This document shows positions 35,682 to 45,034 of a DNA stretch of 64,000 nt, one piece after another. The position numbers and the translations under genes are program-made. Origin of the DNA: Anaeromyxobacteraceae bacterium (GTDB lineage: Bacteria > Myxococcota > Myxococcia > Myxococcales > Anaeromyxobacteraceae); contig JASGHJ010000001.1 of the NCBI GenBank assembly GCA_047602405.1, positions 480,001 to 544,000 on the forward strand. The letters are read 5' to 3'. Position 1 is the first letter of the stretch; each line of letters starts with the position of its first letter. The notes beneath the pieces were generated by a model. It was not told where the DNA came from, made no database searches, and worked only from the letters and a program-made list of their open reading frames with translations.

Positions 35682-36785
35682 CTAGCCCACGACGTCGGCG
35701 CCCTGCGGCGCCGTGGTCGGGTTCGCCAGGGGACGACGACGGAGCGTTACCGAGGCACGAACGGCCCCCGGCATCCCGATCGACACCACGTTCCGCGCCC
35801 TCGCGAGCCGCTCCGGCAGCATGTGCTGGTAGAGCCTCGTGACGCTCTCCTCGCTGTGCCCGAGGATCTCGGCGAGGAGGCCCAGGTCGGGCACCTTCGC
35901 GAGGAAGTGTGACGCGAAGGTGTGACGCAGCGTGTGCGGCCCGCCGGTCACGCCCGCCTTCTTGCGGACCGCGTTGAACTGCCGCTTCGGCCAGAACTTC
36001 CAGCGGTCGCCGGTACGGCTGGGGAACACCCACTTCTCGGACGCTCGCGCCCCAGAGAGGAGCGGCCAGAGCCCGTTCGAGATCGGCACCTCGCGCGGCT
36101 TGCCGTTCTTCGGCTGCCACTCGTCGGACGGCCAGATCCGGAGCTCCCGGCGCTGGGCGTCCACCTGCGGCCAGGTGAGCGCCAGCGCCTCGCCCTTGCG
36201 CATTCCGGTGTTCAGGAGACAGACCACGATCGGCAGGATCTCCGGCTCGAGCTCCTGACAGGCGACGAGGAACCGGTCGATCTCGTCGAGCGACCACGCC
36301 CGGACACGCCGCGTCTCCTCGGGGAGGAGCTTCACCGCCACGTCCGCGACCGGGAGCTTCCGCTCCTTCCGCGCGAAGTTGATGACGATGCGGAGGACGC
36401 GCAGCTCGTTGTTAATGGAGACGTTGCGGAGCCCGGCCGCGCGGCGGCGCTCGATGTAGTCGTCGATGAGCCTGGAGTGGAGCTCTGTGAGCTTCCAGCG
36501 CCCGAAGTGCTCCATCAGGAACGCGAGGAGCGAGGCGCGCTTCTGCCAGGTGTTCGCCTTGACGTACTTCTCAGCGTGCGGGCGGTAGTGGGTCACGCAG
36601 AAGCTTGAGAAGGTCGGCACGGTTCGCGGATCGAGGTCCGGGTCGGCCGCCTCGAGCTTGAGCCGCTCGCGCGCCTCGAACGCCTTCGCCTCCTCCTTCG
36701 AGCCGTGGACGACCCAGTCCTTCCGCTTCCCGCGGAACTTGATGACCACCGTCCAGCGGCCCTTCCCCTTCGTATAGACCGGCAC
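35682..36785 (-). CDS. tyrosine recombinase / phage integrase
   Basis: complete catalytic set: TGMRKGE, KNGK, HTLRH, LGH, RLY. Confidence 0.93.
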   Translation of the reverse strand: MPVYTKGKGRWTVVIKFRGKRKDWVVHGSKEEAKAFEARERLKLEAADPDLDPRTVPTFSSFCVTHYRPHAEKYVKANTWQKRASLLAFLMEHFGRWKLTELHSRLIDDYIERRRAAGLRNVSINNELRVLRIVINFARKERKLPVADVAVKLLPEETRRVRAWSLDEIDRFLVACQELEPEILPIVVCLLNTGMRKGEALALTWPQVDAQRRELRIWPSDEWQPKNGKPREVPISNGLWPLLSGARASEKWVFPSRTGDRWKFWPKRQFNAVRKKAGVTGGPHTLRHTFASHFLAKVPDLGLLAEILGHSEESVTRLYQHMLPERLARARNVVSIGMPGAVRASVTLRRRPLANPTTAPQGADVVG

Positions 36786-37113
36786 CGGCCACCTCCCTGG
36801 CCATGAGCGCGACGTGCACTTCGAGGGCAGCCCGCGCGACGCGCCAGTGCTTGCCGAGCTTCCGCGCGCCCGGGATACGCCCGAGCCGGCAGTACTCGAC
36901 CACCGTGGTCACCGGGAGCTGCAGGTGCTCCGCCACCTGCTGCGGCGTCAGGAACGTCGGGGCTCGACGGTCGCCGAGGGCGGCACCGCGCTGCTCCCTG
37001 AGCGGCCAGCTCGACGCTCGGGGCTGCGCGGGGTCCGAGCTCCCACGCGAGCTCGGAGGCGCAGAGCCCTCCCACTCAAAGGTCGCCTGCCCGATGTCCA
37101 CGCGCCTCGTCAT
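36571..37113 (-). CDS. excisionase-like HTH protein (overlaps integrase start)
   Basis: FLTPQQVAEHLQLPVTTVVEYCRLGRIPGARKLGKHWRV. Confidence 0.7.
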   Translation of the reverse strand: MTRRVDIGQATFEWEGSAPPSSRGSSDPAQPRASSWPLREQRGAALGDRRAPTFLTPQQVAEHLQLPVTTVVEYCRLGRIPGARKLGKHWRVARAALEVHVALMAREVAGAGLYEGEGPLDGGHQVPREAEGLGRPRLEGGGEGVRGARAAQARGGRPGPRSANRADLLKLLRDPLPPAR

Positions 37114-37123
37114 GGCAGGTCGG

Positions 37124-37489
37124 TCAGCGCCTCGAAGGCTTCCCGCCCTCCGCGCCGGAGCGGTCGAACCCAGGCCCGCGCTCCTTGACCTGGTCGTACC
37201 GGAACGTGAGGAGCCGCATGAGGTACTCGCGGCGGCCCACGCCGAGCGCGGCGCAGTCGGCCTCGAGCTTCTCGACCATCGGGTCGGGGAGCCCGTACCA
37301 GTTGTAGAGGTCGTTCAGGATGCCGACCGCGAACTCGTTGAACGAGACGCCGCGTGCGTCGGCCTGGGAACGACACCACCCGCCGAGATCGGCCGGCATC
37401 CGGAAGGTGACCACCGTCTTCTCGGTGGTGACGACCTCCCTCATGGCGGGGATCGGGTCCTGGGGCGGCTTCTGGGCAGCCATCGACAT
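37124..37489 (-). CDS. ribbon-helix-helix-like DNA-binding protein
   Basis: VVTFRMPADL...ARGVSFNEF alternating strand plus helix-G-helix pattern. Confidence 0.55.
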   Translation of the reverse strand: MSMAAQKPPQDPIPAMREVVTTEKTVVTFRMPADLGGWCRSQADARGVSFNEFAVGILNDLYNWYGLPDPMVEKLEADCAALGVGRREYLMRLLTFRYDQVKERGPGFDRSGAEGGKPSRR

Positions 37490-37549
37490 CACCTCGTCAG
37501 GGTAGTGGGTTCGCGCATCGAGGCGCAAGCGTTTTCGGTTCACTATTGA

Positions 37550-37567
37550 ATCCGGTTTAAACCGGAT
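37550..37567. promoter_or_regulatory. perfect 18-bp palindrome (candidate operator)
   Basis: ATCCGGTTT|AAACCGGAT upstream of the RHH-xis-int genes. Confidence 0.5.
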
Positions 37568-37725
37568 CCGACCACGACCGCGCGACCGTAGCCTGCCTTG
37601 GGCAGGCACGTCTCTGCGTTCCGGTGGTTGCAGGGATCGGGCGCCTTAGGCACAGGCACCGCAACAGCCCAGGCGCGGTGCCCCGGCGAGCCGTCAGAAT
37701 GAATTTCATAACGCGTTCATAACGA

Positions 37726-39420
37726 TCATTTCGTCGGCCCCGCGGCCAGCCGCGGACCGGGCCGGTACTGCGCGCCGCGCCGCTCGCCTTCCGCGAGGAG
37801 GTAGCCCTGACTGACGAGCCGGCCCAGCTCTCGCGTCGCGACGGGGCGTGCGACACCGATCAGGTCGCGGTAGTCCGCGTTCTTCAGCACCTCGTGCGTC
37901 GCGAAGAAGGTTCGGAGCGCCGGTAGCCGGGCCTCCAGCCAGGCCCTCGTCTCGTGGAGCTCGGGCGAGATCCGCCAGGTGGCGCTGCGACCGTGCCCCT
38001 CCGCTCTGAGGACGCCCATCGCGACCATCTCCTGGATCTCGCGGTAGGCCTGATCGCGATCGACCTGGTTGAGCTCGCGGTACTCCTCGTTCGTGAACCC
38101 TACCGGGTGGCCGAGGAGAACTCGCCGCTGGGGCGTGGAGAGCGGCAAGCGCTCGACCAGCTGCTTCCACTCCACGCTCGGGCCCTCGAATACGGGCGTG
38201 TTCCTGAGGATGACGCGGAAGGTGGAGTCCCTGACGTCGAACTCGGGATGGCGCAGAAACGACTCGCTCATCTCGGCGAACATCCTCGGGACGCCCTCAC
38301 CCTCCTCCCGCATGATCCCCGCCTCGACGAGGACCCTCGCGATGAGCGGGTTGCGGCTCGAGTGCACCGGCGTGCCCTCTCGCAGCTGGTCGAGCGTGAC
38401 CGGCGGGACGAGCTCGCCCGGGCTGACCACCTCCATGCGGTCGTCGAAGAACCAGACCTCGATTCCCCGGCCCTGGTCTCCGTAGTCGCGGTGTGCGACC
38501 GCGTTGACGATCGCCTCCTGCCACGCGAAGTCCGGGTACTCCGGCACCTCCTTGAAGAAAAGGTGGTGTAGCTTCTCCGACTTCCGGACGTGCTGCGCCG
38601 CGTTCCGGTACGCCTCGGCGATCGCAGCCGCGATCGGCAGATCGACCCTGGGCAGCTGCGTGACATTCCGTGAGCCGCCGTGCCGGCGCTCCGTGCCGTC
38701 CACACGGAAGAACCGGATGTCGAGGTGCGGGTGCCACCTCGAGAGCGGCGCCTTGCCGAAGAGCAGCAGAGCGGCATTCGTCACCGCGATCCCGCCCGCC
38801 CGCGGGAGGACCAGGCCGTACGCCTCCAGGAGCGCCGGGATCGGGAGGTCCCCGCGGATCAGGTTCGGGACGAGCGATCGCACGAGCTCCAGATCGAGAT
38901 CGTCGAGGCCTGCGTCCGTGCGCACCCGCTGCTCGAAGCCGACCCGCCGGTACGCCTGCTTGCGCTCGTTGATGACCTCCTGCGGCTCCCGGATGACGCG
39001 GTCTCCGACACGGAACGGGAAGCCGTCCCCGTCGACCATGACGGCGCTGGGCGAGGGCGCCACCTCGAAGACGATGAGCTCCTTCCCGTCCAGGGAGACC
39101 ACCTGGCCGGCGGCGACGACCGGGCCGTCCCCGGCGGCCGACCGGAGCCGCGACGCGGGGACCTCGAGGAACTTCGCGACCTCGTCGGGCGGGTAGCCGT
39201 GGCCCGAGATCGTCCCGTCATCGTCCACGCCCACGACGAGCGTGCCGCCTTCGGCGTTCGCGAAGGCTGCGACGTACTCGGCGATGAAGTCCCGGACCTT
39301 CTTGCGCTCGAGCGGCTTCCTGGCCGCGCCCGAGAGATCCCACGCGGACTTGAACTCGAGGAACTGACCTTCCTGCCTCGTGAGCAGTGCTCGCAGCTCG
39401 GGCTCGGTCAGCTGGGTCAT
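37726..39420 (-). CDS. Schlafen-like AlbA_2 + HATPase_c_4 + wHTH protein (often annotated RecG-like)
   Basis: EGQFLEFKS, AFANAEGGTLVVGVDDDG, EAIVNAVAHRDY, SRNPLIA, GEGVPRM, two C-terminal wHTH-like units. Confidence 0.85.
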   Translation of the reverse strand: MTQLTEPELRALLTRQEGQFLEFKSAWDLSGAARKPLERKKVRDFIAEYVAAFANAEGGTLVVGVDDDGTISGHGYPPDEVAKFLEVPASRLRSAAGDGPVVAAGQVVSLDGKELIVFEVAPSPSAVMVDGDGFPFRVGDRVIREPQEVINERKQAYRRVGFEQRVRTDAGLDDLDLELVRSLVPNLIRGDLPIPALLEAYGLVLPRAGGIAVTNAALLLFGKAPLSRWHPHLDIRFFRVDGTERRHGGSRNVTQLPRVDLPIAAAIAEAYRNAAQHVRKSEKLHHLFFKEVPEYPDFAWQEAIVNAVAHRDYGDQGRGIEVWFFDDRMEVVSPGELVPPVTLDQLREGTPVHSSRNPLIARVLVEAGIMREEGEGVPRMFAEMSESFLRHPEFDVRDSTFRVILRNTPVFEGPSVEWKQLVERLPLSTPQRRVLLGHPVGFTNEEYRELNQVDRDQAYREIQEMVAMGVLRAEGHGRSATWRISPELHETRAWLEARLPALRTFFATHEVLKNADYRDLIGVARPVATRELGRLVSQGYLLAEGERRGAQYRPGPRLAAGPTK

Positions 39421-39549
39421 GGCTCGCCGGAGCTTACCGCCCACCCCTGGCCTTCGCACCAACCCGTTCCCGCGGTGCCTCCCCGATTCGCACTCCTTCG
39501 CGTTCCTTCGCGCATCTCGCCGACTGCTCGCTTCTCTCTTGCGCGCGCG

Positions 39550-40901
39550 TGTGCAACCGGGAGGAGGGGTGACGTTTTAGACCGGGCTGATGGGTGACAC
39601 CCGCCTCGGGTTTTCCTCGAGGAGGTCGAGGTCAGGCCGCTTCGGTTCCGGTCACCTCCTGGGGTTGGGTGCCAATCGCGGTGAAGCGCTTCGTGCGGGC
39701 GTCGAAGTGCCCCAGGTCGAGCTGCATGAACGAGACGACCCAGCGGCCATCGTCGATCTCGCGCATGCCTACCAGCTCTCCCACGAGCACGGTCGACAGG
39801 AAGAACCGTTCGCCTTTGCGAACGACGATGTCGCCGTTTCCTCGCACGCGCTGCACGCGGTCGTGCATCGGGTACTCGGGCTCAGGCAGCTTCTCCGGCA
39901 TCTCGCGCCCTGACTTCACGTAGAAGTCGGCCGGCAGCTTCTGGCCGAGCGCCTCGTGAGGCCGGTCGTGGTTGTAGACGTCGATGAACTTGTCGAAGCG
40001 CTCTTGCTGCTGCAGGAGGTTGTCGCCCGCGGGGCGGGTCGTCTCTTCCTTGAGCACGAGGTGCATCCGTTCGTGCTGCCCATTTTGTTCTGGGTGCGCG
40101 GGCGCGATCCGCTCGGGCCAGATCCCCAACCTGAGCCATCTCGCGGAGAGCCTGCTCAGGCCCCAGAGCCCTGGCGCGGCGAACGGGTTGCCGTTGTCGG
40201 TCCGGATGACGAGTGGCAGGCCGAACTCGCGAAATGCCTGGTCGAACACGGTGATCGCCGTGTCGACGTGCGTGCCCTCGAGCGCCTCACAGCGAATGAG
40301 GTAGCGGCTGAACCGGTCGGTGATCGTGAGCGGGTAGCAGTACCGACCTGTTCCCAGCTTGAACTCGCCCTTGAAGTCGGCGCACCAGATGTCGTTCGGC
40401 CGCTCCGCCTTGCGCAGCGGAGCTCCGCGCGGCATCACGCTGCGCCGGCGGCGTTTCCGGAGCATCACGCCGTTCCGCTTCAGGATGTCGCCGATCGTGC
40501 TCGCGCAGGGTACGGCGAGCTCCGGTTGTCGAAGCAGCAGATGCGCCCGGATCTTCTTCGGCCCCCAGGTCGGATGCTCCTGGCGAAACTCGACCAGGAA
40601 CTTCTCGACCTCCGCTGGCGTGCGGTGCGGGATCCTCCTCGGAGCGTGCGAGCGGTCGAACAACGCTCGCGCACCGTCCTCTTCGTAGCGCTCCCGCAGC
40701 TTGTAGGCCGTCTTCCGGCTGATGCCGAACTCGTAGCAGAGGTCGACGACCCGCTCCCCCTGCTCCCACCGCTTCACGAACTCCAGACGCTCCGACACAG
40801 GGTCACGTTCTCTCCAGGGCACGCGCACCTCCAGGCACGTACCCAGCGTGTGTCACCCATCAGCCCGGTCCAGTTCGTCACCTATCTACCCGGTTCAGAC
40901 C
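39550..40901 (-). mobile_element. IS481-family insertion sequence
   Basis: imperfect ~50-bp terminal inverted repeats sharing gaccgggctgatgggtgacac, flanking the transposase; exact ends uncertain. Confidence 0.85.
39632..40822 (-). CDS. IS481-family DDE transposase
   Basis: MPWRE start, WGPKKI, WCADFKG, RTDNG, QNGQHERMH, YNHDRPHEAL. Confidence 0.92.
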   Translation of the reverse strand: MPWRERDPVSERLEFVKRWEQGERVVDLCYEFGISRKTAYKLRERYEEDGARALFDRSHAPRRIPHRTPAEVEKFLVEFRQEHPTWGPKKIRAHLLLRQPELAVPCASTIGDILKRNGVMLRKRRRRSVMPRGAPLRKAERPNDIWCADFKGEFKLGTGRYCYPLTITDRFSRYLIRCEALEGTHVDTAITVFDQAFREFGLPLVIRTDNGNPFAAPGLWGLSRLSARWLRLGIWPERIAPAHPEQNGQHERMHLVLKEETTRPAGDNLLQQQERFDKFIDVYNHDRPHEALGQKLPADFYVKSGREMPEKLPEPEYPMHDRVQRVRGNGDIVVRKGERFFLSTVLVGELVGMREIDDGRWVVSFMQLDLGHFDARTKRFTAIGTQPQEVTGTEAA

Positions 40902-41058
40902 TTATCCTGTCGCTCTACACGGCCTCGCTCCCCCAACTGCTCTTCCTGGTTTCTCATCGTTTCCTACCACCACATCCGTTCCTCTCCTCACCTCCTTCCT
41001 TGCTTCCTTGCCTTCCTTGTCCTTGCCCCACCCACCCTCACCACCTCTTCTTCCTCTC

Positions 41059-41123
41059 GGGTCCCAGTGTCCCGACCCCTCTCTCCAAGTCGTTGGGAGG
41101 GAGGGGTCGGGACACTGGGACCC
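41059..41123. repeat. 23-bp perfect inverted repeat (hairpin)
   Basis: gggtcccagtgtcccgacccctc (41059-41081) / gaggggtcgggacactgggaccc (41101-41123). Confidence 0.85.
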
Positions 41124-41200
41124 CCTTGCTCTCTCTCGAACGGCCTCTCCCGGTGGGTGGGGCAAGGACCGCGGTTTCGGGCGCTTGGATCGGCTTTGCC

Positions 41201-41298
41201 TGCCTAATGGCCTGCCGAACAGGGTGCCTACCAGGGTGCCGAACCGACTCGGCACCCCGTTCGGCAGCTCCATTCGGGCTGCCTAACGGGTGCCGAAG
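41201..41298. repeat. cluster of TGCC(G/T)AAC-like short repeats
   Basis: direct copies at 41201, 41213, 41225, 41237 (12-bp period), 41280 and 41291; inverted copies at 41249 and 41259. Confidence 0.7.
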
Positions 41299-41423
41299 AT
41301 CGGACGTCAGTGCTGACGTCTACGCACCGTGCACTTCACGGCGGGTCGCGAGCTGGCGGACCGCCTTCTCGGCTTGCCCGGTGTTGGCGAACACCGAGAT
41401 CCGCAGGAATCTGAACTTGCCGG

Positions 41424-42197
41424 TCACGACTTCTTCTTGCGGCGCCGGGTAGCGGTCGCCTCCTTGGAGAGCTCGGCCTCGCGCCTCCGGTAGCTCTCGC
41501 CCTCGATGCTGATGATCTCGGAGTGGTGGACGAGGCGGTCGATGAGGGCGGTCGTGCAGGCGGCGTTCGGGAAGATCGTCGGCCAGTCCGCGAACGCCAG
41601 GTTCGAGGTGATGACGACGCTCTTGCGCTCGTAGCGGCGCGAGACGACCTGGAAGAGCAGGTCGGCGTTGCGGTTGTCGTAGGAGAGGTAGCCGATCTCG
41701 TCGATGACGAGCAGGCCGGTGCGCGTGCAGTAGTGGCGGAGCCGCTGGTCGAGGGCGCGGGCCGACTCCTGGGCGCCGAGGTCGAGGAGGAGCTGGGCGG
41801 CGGTCGTGAAGAGCACGGAGTGGCCGGCGAGCACGGCGGCGCTGGCGATGTTCTGGGCGATCATCGTCTTGCCGAGGCCCTGGGGCGCGACCAGGACGAC
41901 GTTGTGGGCCTTCTCGAGGAAGTCGAGCGAGACGGCGCTCTCGACCGCGTCGCGGTCGATGCGTTTCGGCCAGGCCCAGTCGAAGTCGGCCATGGGCTTG
42001 AAGGCCCCGAGCTTGCTGCGGCCCAGGCGGCGCTCCAGGCTGCGGCGGGCGCGGTCCTCGGCCTCGATCCGCGCGACGTGCTCGAAGATCTGGTGGGCAC
42101 CCCAGCGGTTCTTGGTGGCGAGGGCGACGAGGTCGTCGAGGATGTCGGCGGTGTGGCGCAGGCCGAGGGTGCGGAGCTGGTCCTTGATGTCGTTCAC
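41424..42197 (-). CDS. istB: IS21 helper ATPase
   Basis: APQGLGKT Walker A, LLVIDEIGY Walker B, ALIDRLVHH. Confidence 0.93.
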   Translation of the reverse strand: MNDIKDQLRTLGLRHTADILDDLVALATKNRWGAHQIFEHVARIEAEDRARRSLERRLGRSKLGAFKPMADFDWAWPKRIDRDAVESAVSLDFLEKAHNVVLVAPQGLGKTMIAQNIASAAVLAGHSVLFTTAAQLLLDLGAQESARALDQRLRHYCTRTGLLVIDEIGYLSYDNRNADLLFQVVSRRYERKSVVITSNLAFADWPTIFPNAACTTALIDRLVHHSEIISIEGESYRRREAELSKEATATRRRKKKS

Positions 42198-43693
42198 GGC
42201 GTCTCCTTCTTGGGCTTGGCGAGGGCGTCGTAGCTGTCGAGGGCGTGCGGGGTGACGCGGAGATCGCGCACGCGGGGATCGTCGGGGAGGACCACGTCGA
42301 GCTTCGGGGCCTGCCGGCGCGCGCGGGTCCGCTGATCGAGGACGTGCGCGACGGAGGCGGCCCCGATGGCGCCGCGCGCGAGGGCATCCTTGAGCGCCGC
42401 CTCGAGCTGAGCGGAGTCGTAGCGGTCGAGGAGCCTGAGCAGCCGGGTGACCTGGCCGCCGAGGTGCTCGCCACGGACGGCGAGCGCCTCCAGGAAGGGA
42501 TCGGCGCTCGGGCAGGCCGCGCGGAGCCGGTCCCGGCCGCGCAGGTCGTGGGCGCGGCGCTTCTCCCGCGCGAGTTCCTCGATGTGGGCGGAGTCCTCGA
42601 TCACCTGCTTCTCGTCCCAGCTCCGCTTGTGCGTCGCGAAGACGTGCGAGCCGTTGGTGATCCGGACCTCGTCCTCGGTGGCGACGAGGACGAGCGGCTT
42701 GCCGACCAGGTGGTGGGGGATCGAGTAGTCGTTGCGGTCGAAGCGGATGTAGGGCTGCTTGCCGGACGTGACCCAGCGGGTGGCGTGGCAGTCGTAGGGG
42801 TGCTCGGGGAGCGCGAGCAGGCGAGGCCGCTCCTCGGCGAGGGCGTCTCGCACGAGCCGGCCCTCGGGGTCACCCGGCACCTTGCGCGCGTGCGCGGTGC
42901 GCTCGACCCAGGCAGCGAGCTGGGCGTTGAGGTCCTGGACCGAGGAGAAGCGCCGGGCGGCGAAGAAGCCGTGGCGCAGGTACTGGATGGTGCGCTCGAC
43001 CTTGCCCTTCTCGTTGCCGCGATACGGCGCGCAGGGCTTGGGCGCGAAGTGGTAGTGCCCGGCGAAGAACAGCATCGCCTCGTTGAACCGGACGTGGTCG
43101 CCGGCGCGTTCGAGGACGACGCTCTTCAGGTTGTCGTAGAGGATGGTCCTTGGCACGCCACCGAGCGCCTCGAACGCCGCGACGTGGCCGCGCTGGAAGC
43201 TCTCGAGCGTCTGGTCGAGCGCGAAGCGGGCGTAGATCGCGCGCGACCACGAGAGCACCATCACGAAGCACGACAGCGCCCGCTTCGCGTGGCCAACCCT
43301 GATCGTGCCGAAGTGTCCCCAGTCCACCTGCGCTTGCTCGCCCGGGAGCGTCTGCAGGCGCAGGTACGCCTCGCTCCGCGGCGCCGGCCGTACCGTGGCG
43401 ACGTACCGGCGAAGCTGGATGACCGAGCCCCGGTAGCCGCGATCCCGGGCCATCTCGAACAGGCGCGTCGCGCGGAGACGCGGGTGCTGCTCGAGCGTCT
43501 CGCCTACGAACGCCTTGTAGGGATCGAGCATCGAGGGCCTGTGGACCACGGCCGGCCGCAAGAACCGCTCGGCCTCGATGGCTCGCCGGACGGCGTCGTG
43601 ATGGACGCCGAGCTCGCCGGCGATGGTGCCGATGCGCCAGTGCTCGGCGAAGAACAGCCGGCGGATGCGGGCGCGCAGCTCGGCCGGGATCAT
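42194..43693 (-). CDS. istA: IS21 transposase
   Basis: PGEQAQVDWG, YDNLKS, EKGKVERTI. Confidence 0.93.
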   Translation of the reverse strand: MIPAELRARIRRLFFAEHWRIGTIAGELGVHHDAVRRAIEAERFLRPAVVHRPSMLDPYKAFVGETLEQHPRLRATRLFEMARDRGYRGSVIQLRRYVATVRPAPRSEAYLRLQTLPGEQAQVDWGHFGTIRVGHAKRALSCFVMVLSWSRAIYARFALDQTLESFQRGHVAAFEALGGVPRTILYDNLKSVVLERAGDHVRFNEAMLFFAGHYHFAPKPCAPYRGNEKGKVERTIQYLRHGFFAARRFSSVQDLNAQLAAWVERTAHARKVPGDPEGRLVRDALAEERPRLLALPEHPYDCHATRWVTSGKQPYIRFDRNDYSIPHHLVGKPLVLVATEDEVRITNGSHVFATHKRSWDEKQVIEDSAHIEELAREKRRAHDLRGRDRLRAACPSADPFLEALAVRGEHLGGQVTRLLRLLDRYDSAQLEAALKDALARGAIGAASVAHVLDQRTRARRQAPKLDVVLPDDPRVRDLRVTPHALDSYDALAKPKKETP

Positions 43694-43702
43694 CGAACTG
43701 CC

Positions 43703-44173
43703 TCACCGTGGCGCGCGGGACCGAAAGCGTCGCTGCCGCTCGGGGCGGCCGGTGCGGGCAAGCGTGTCGTGGCGAACGAATCGGCCGCGGATCCCGCAGC
43801 GCGCGCAGCAGAGGCGCCGCGCGCCCGGGCAGGCGTGGGAGTGAGCATGGGCGGTGACCTCGGCGCCGGTCGAGCTCGGCGCCGACATGGCGCCCGCCGC
43901 CGGCGAGGCGCGCACCATCGCGGAGGAGGCCGCCGCCTCGCGACCGTGATGCGTCACTTTCGAGCGAGCGCGACCGCGGTATCGCCGCTGGCGGTCGGCG
44001 TGGGCGTGCCGCCCCTCGATGCTGAGCTGGTACCGCCGCCCGGCCGCGGCGAGGCACGCGCGCCGGGCCGTGCGCGCGCACGCAGCCCCGCAGTACCGGT
44101 GGCCCCGGTCGCAGTGTCGGCAGAGGAAGAACACCTGCCCGCACGCAGGAAGCGCGCAGGCCACGAACCGCAA
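43703..44173 (-). CDS. Cys-rich zinc-finger-like accessory ORF inside IS21
   Basis: CALPAC, CRHCDRGHRYC..C, CARCG; co-oriented just upstream of istA within the IRs. Confidence 0.65.
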   Translation of the reverse strand: MRFVACALPACGQVFFLCRHCDRGHRYCGAACARTARRACLAAAGRRYQLSIEGRHAHADRQRRYRGRARSKVTHHGREAAASSAMVRASPAAGAMSAPSSTGAEVTAHAHSHACPGARRLCCARCGIRGRFVRHDTLARTGRPERQRRFRSRAPR

Positions 44174-44459
44174 CGATTCCAGACGCCCTCAGCGAGGGCG
44201 CGTGGAAGTGGACCGGCGGCGTCAGGCGTGCGATCACCGGACCGCTGGTGATCAGGCGCCCTGCTTGAACCGGCCGAAGGCTCGGAGCGCGAACTCCGGG
44301 CCTTCACTCTTTCGCCCTGCCGATACCTGGCTACCCGTGAACGGCTGACCCGGCCAGTTCCCGGCCGATCCTCACGCCGTCGGCGGGGCGTCCAGAATCA
44401 CGCTCTTCCTGGTGACCGCCAACACCCGGGGCGGAGCCGGGCGGGTAATCACTGCGCGA

Positions 44460-44700
44460 CCGACGACCGACTCGGTCGGCAGTAGCTTCAGGGGGCTGGC
44501 AGTCCACCCGTTCGAGCAGCTTCCGACGGCTCGCGCCGTAGATCCGCATCCCTTCAGCGCCTCGGGCGAGAGGAGAGTCTCGTGCCGTAGCCTGGCCATG
44601 ATCCACCGCTCGGCGATCAGCACGGCGACCTGGCCTTGGCCTTGTTGTCGCGCGGCGTTGCGGTACGCGCGGGCAGTACTGTCGCGCCGTGGTGCCGCAC
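44460..44700 (-). pseudogene. degenerate fragment of a second IS21-family transposase
   Basis: frameshifted HHGATVLPAR..PRD, VAVLIAERWIMARLRHET, MRIYGASRRKLLER. Confidence 0.65.
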
Positions 44701-44706
44701 CAGGTC

Positions 44707-45034
44707 CTAGTAGGTGAGCTGGAACCCCAGTACGTACCGGCGGCCCGGCGGCCCGGGTACGGTCGGCGTCTCCAGCCACGTCATCAGCGTGTGCCGCTTC
44801 ACGGCGAGCTCGCGCGAGATCGCCGCCACAGGGGCGTCGGCCGCCCGCCGTCGCAGGAAGTACACTTCCGGAGCGCGGCCGGGTACAACCGCGCCGCGCC
44901 TGGTGGGCCGCCCGCCGCACCGCTCCCGGAACTCCGCCGCCGTCTTCTCCGTCTCCATCGCGCGCCTCCTGTGCAAGCCCGCGAGAATCAGAGCGCTGCA
45001 GCTGAAGTCACGACAGGGCGGAGCGAGGACTTAC
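44707..45034 (-). pseudogene. degenerate IS (IS66 TnpA-like HTH) fragment
   Basis: VAAISRELAVKRHTLMTW HTH; GTAAG-type end at 45034. Confidence 0.4.

Larger units (their letters stand above)
41382..44424 (-). mobile_element. IS21-family element with three ORFs
   Basis: inverted ends TGTTGGCG.../...CGCCAACA with further matches; 5-bp target duplication CCCGG at 41377-41381 and 44425-44429. Confidence 0.92.

Noticed and set aside
41201..41298. CRISPR array
   Set aside because: Repeats are about 8 bp with 4-bp gaps, there are no unique spacers, and no cas genes are present.
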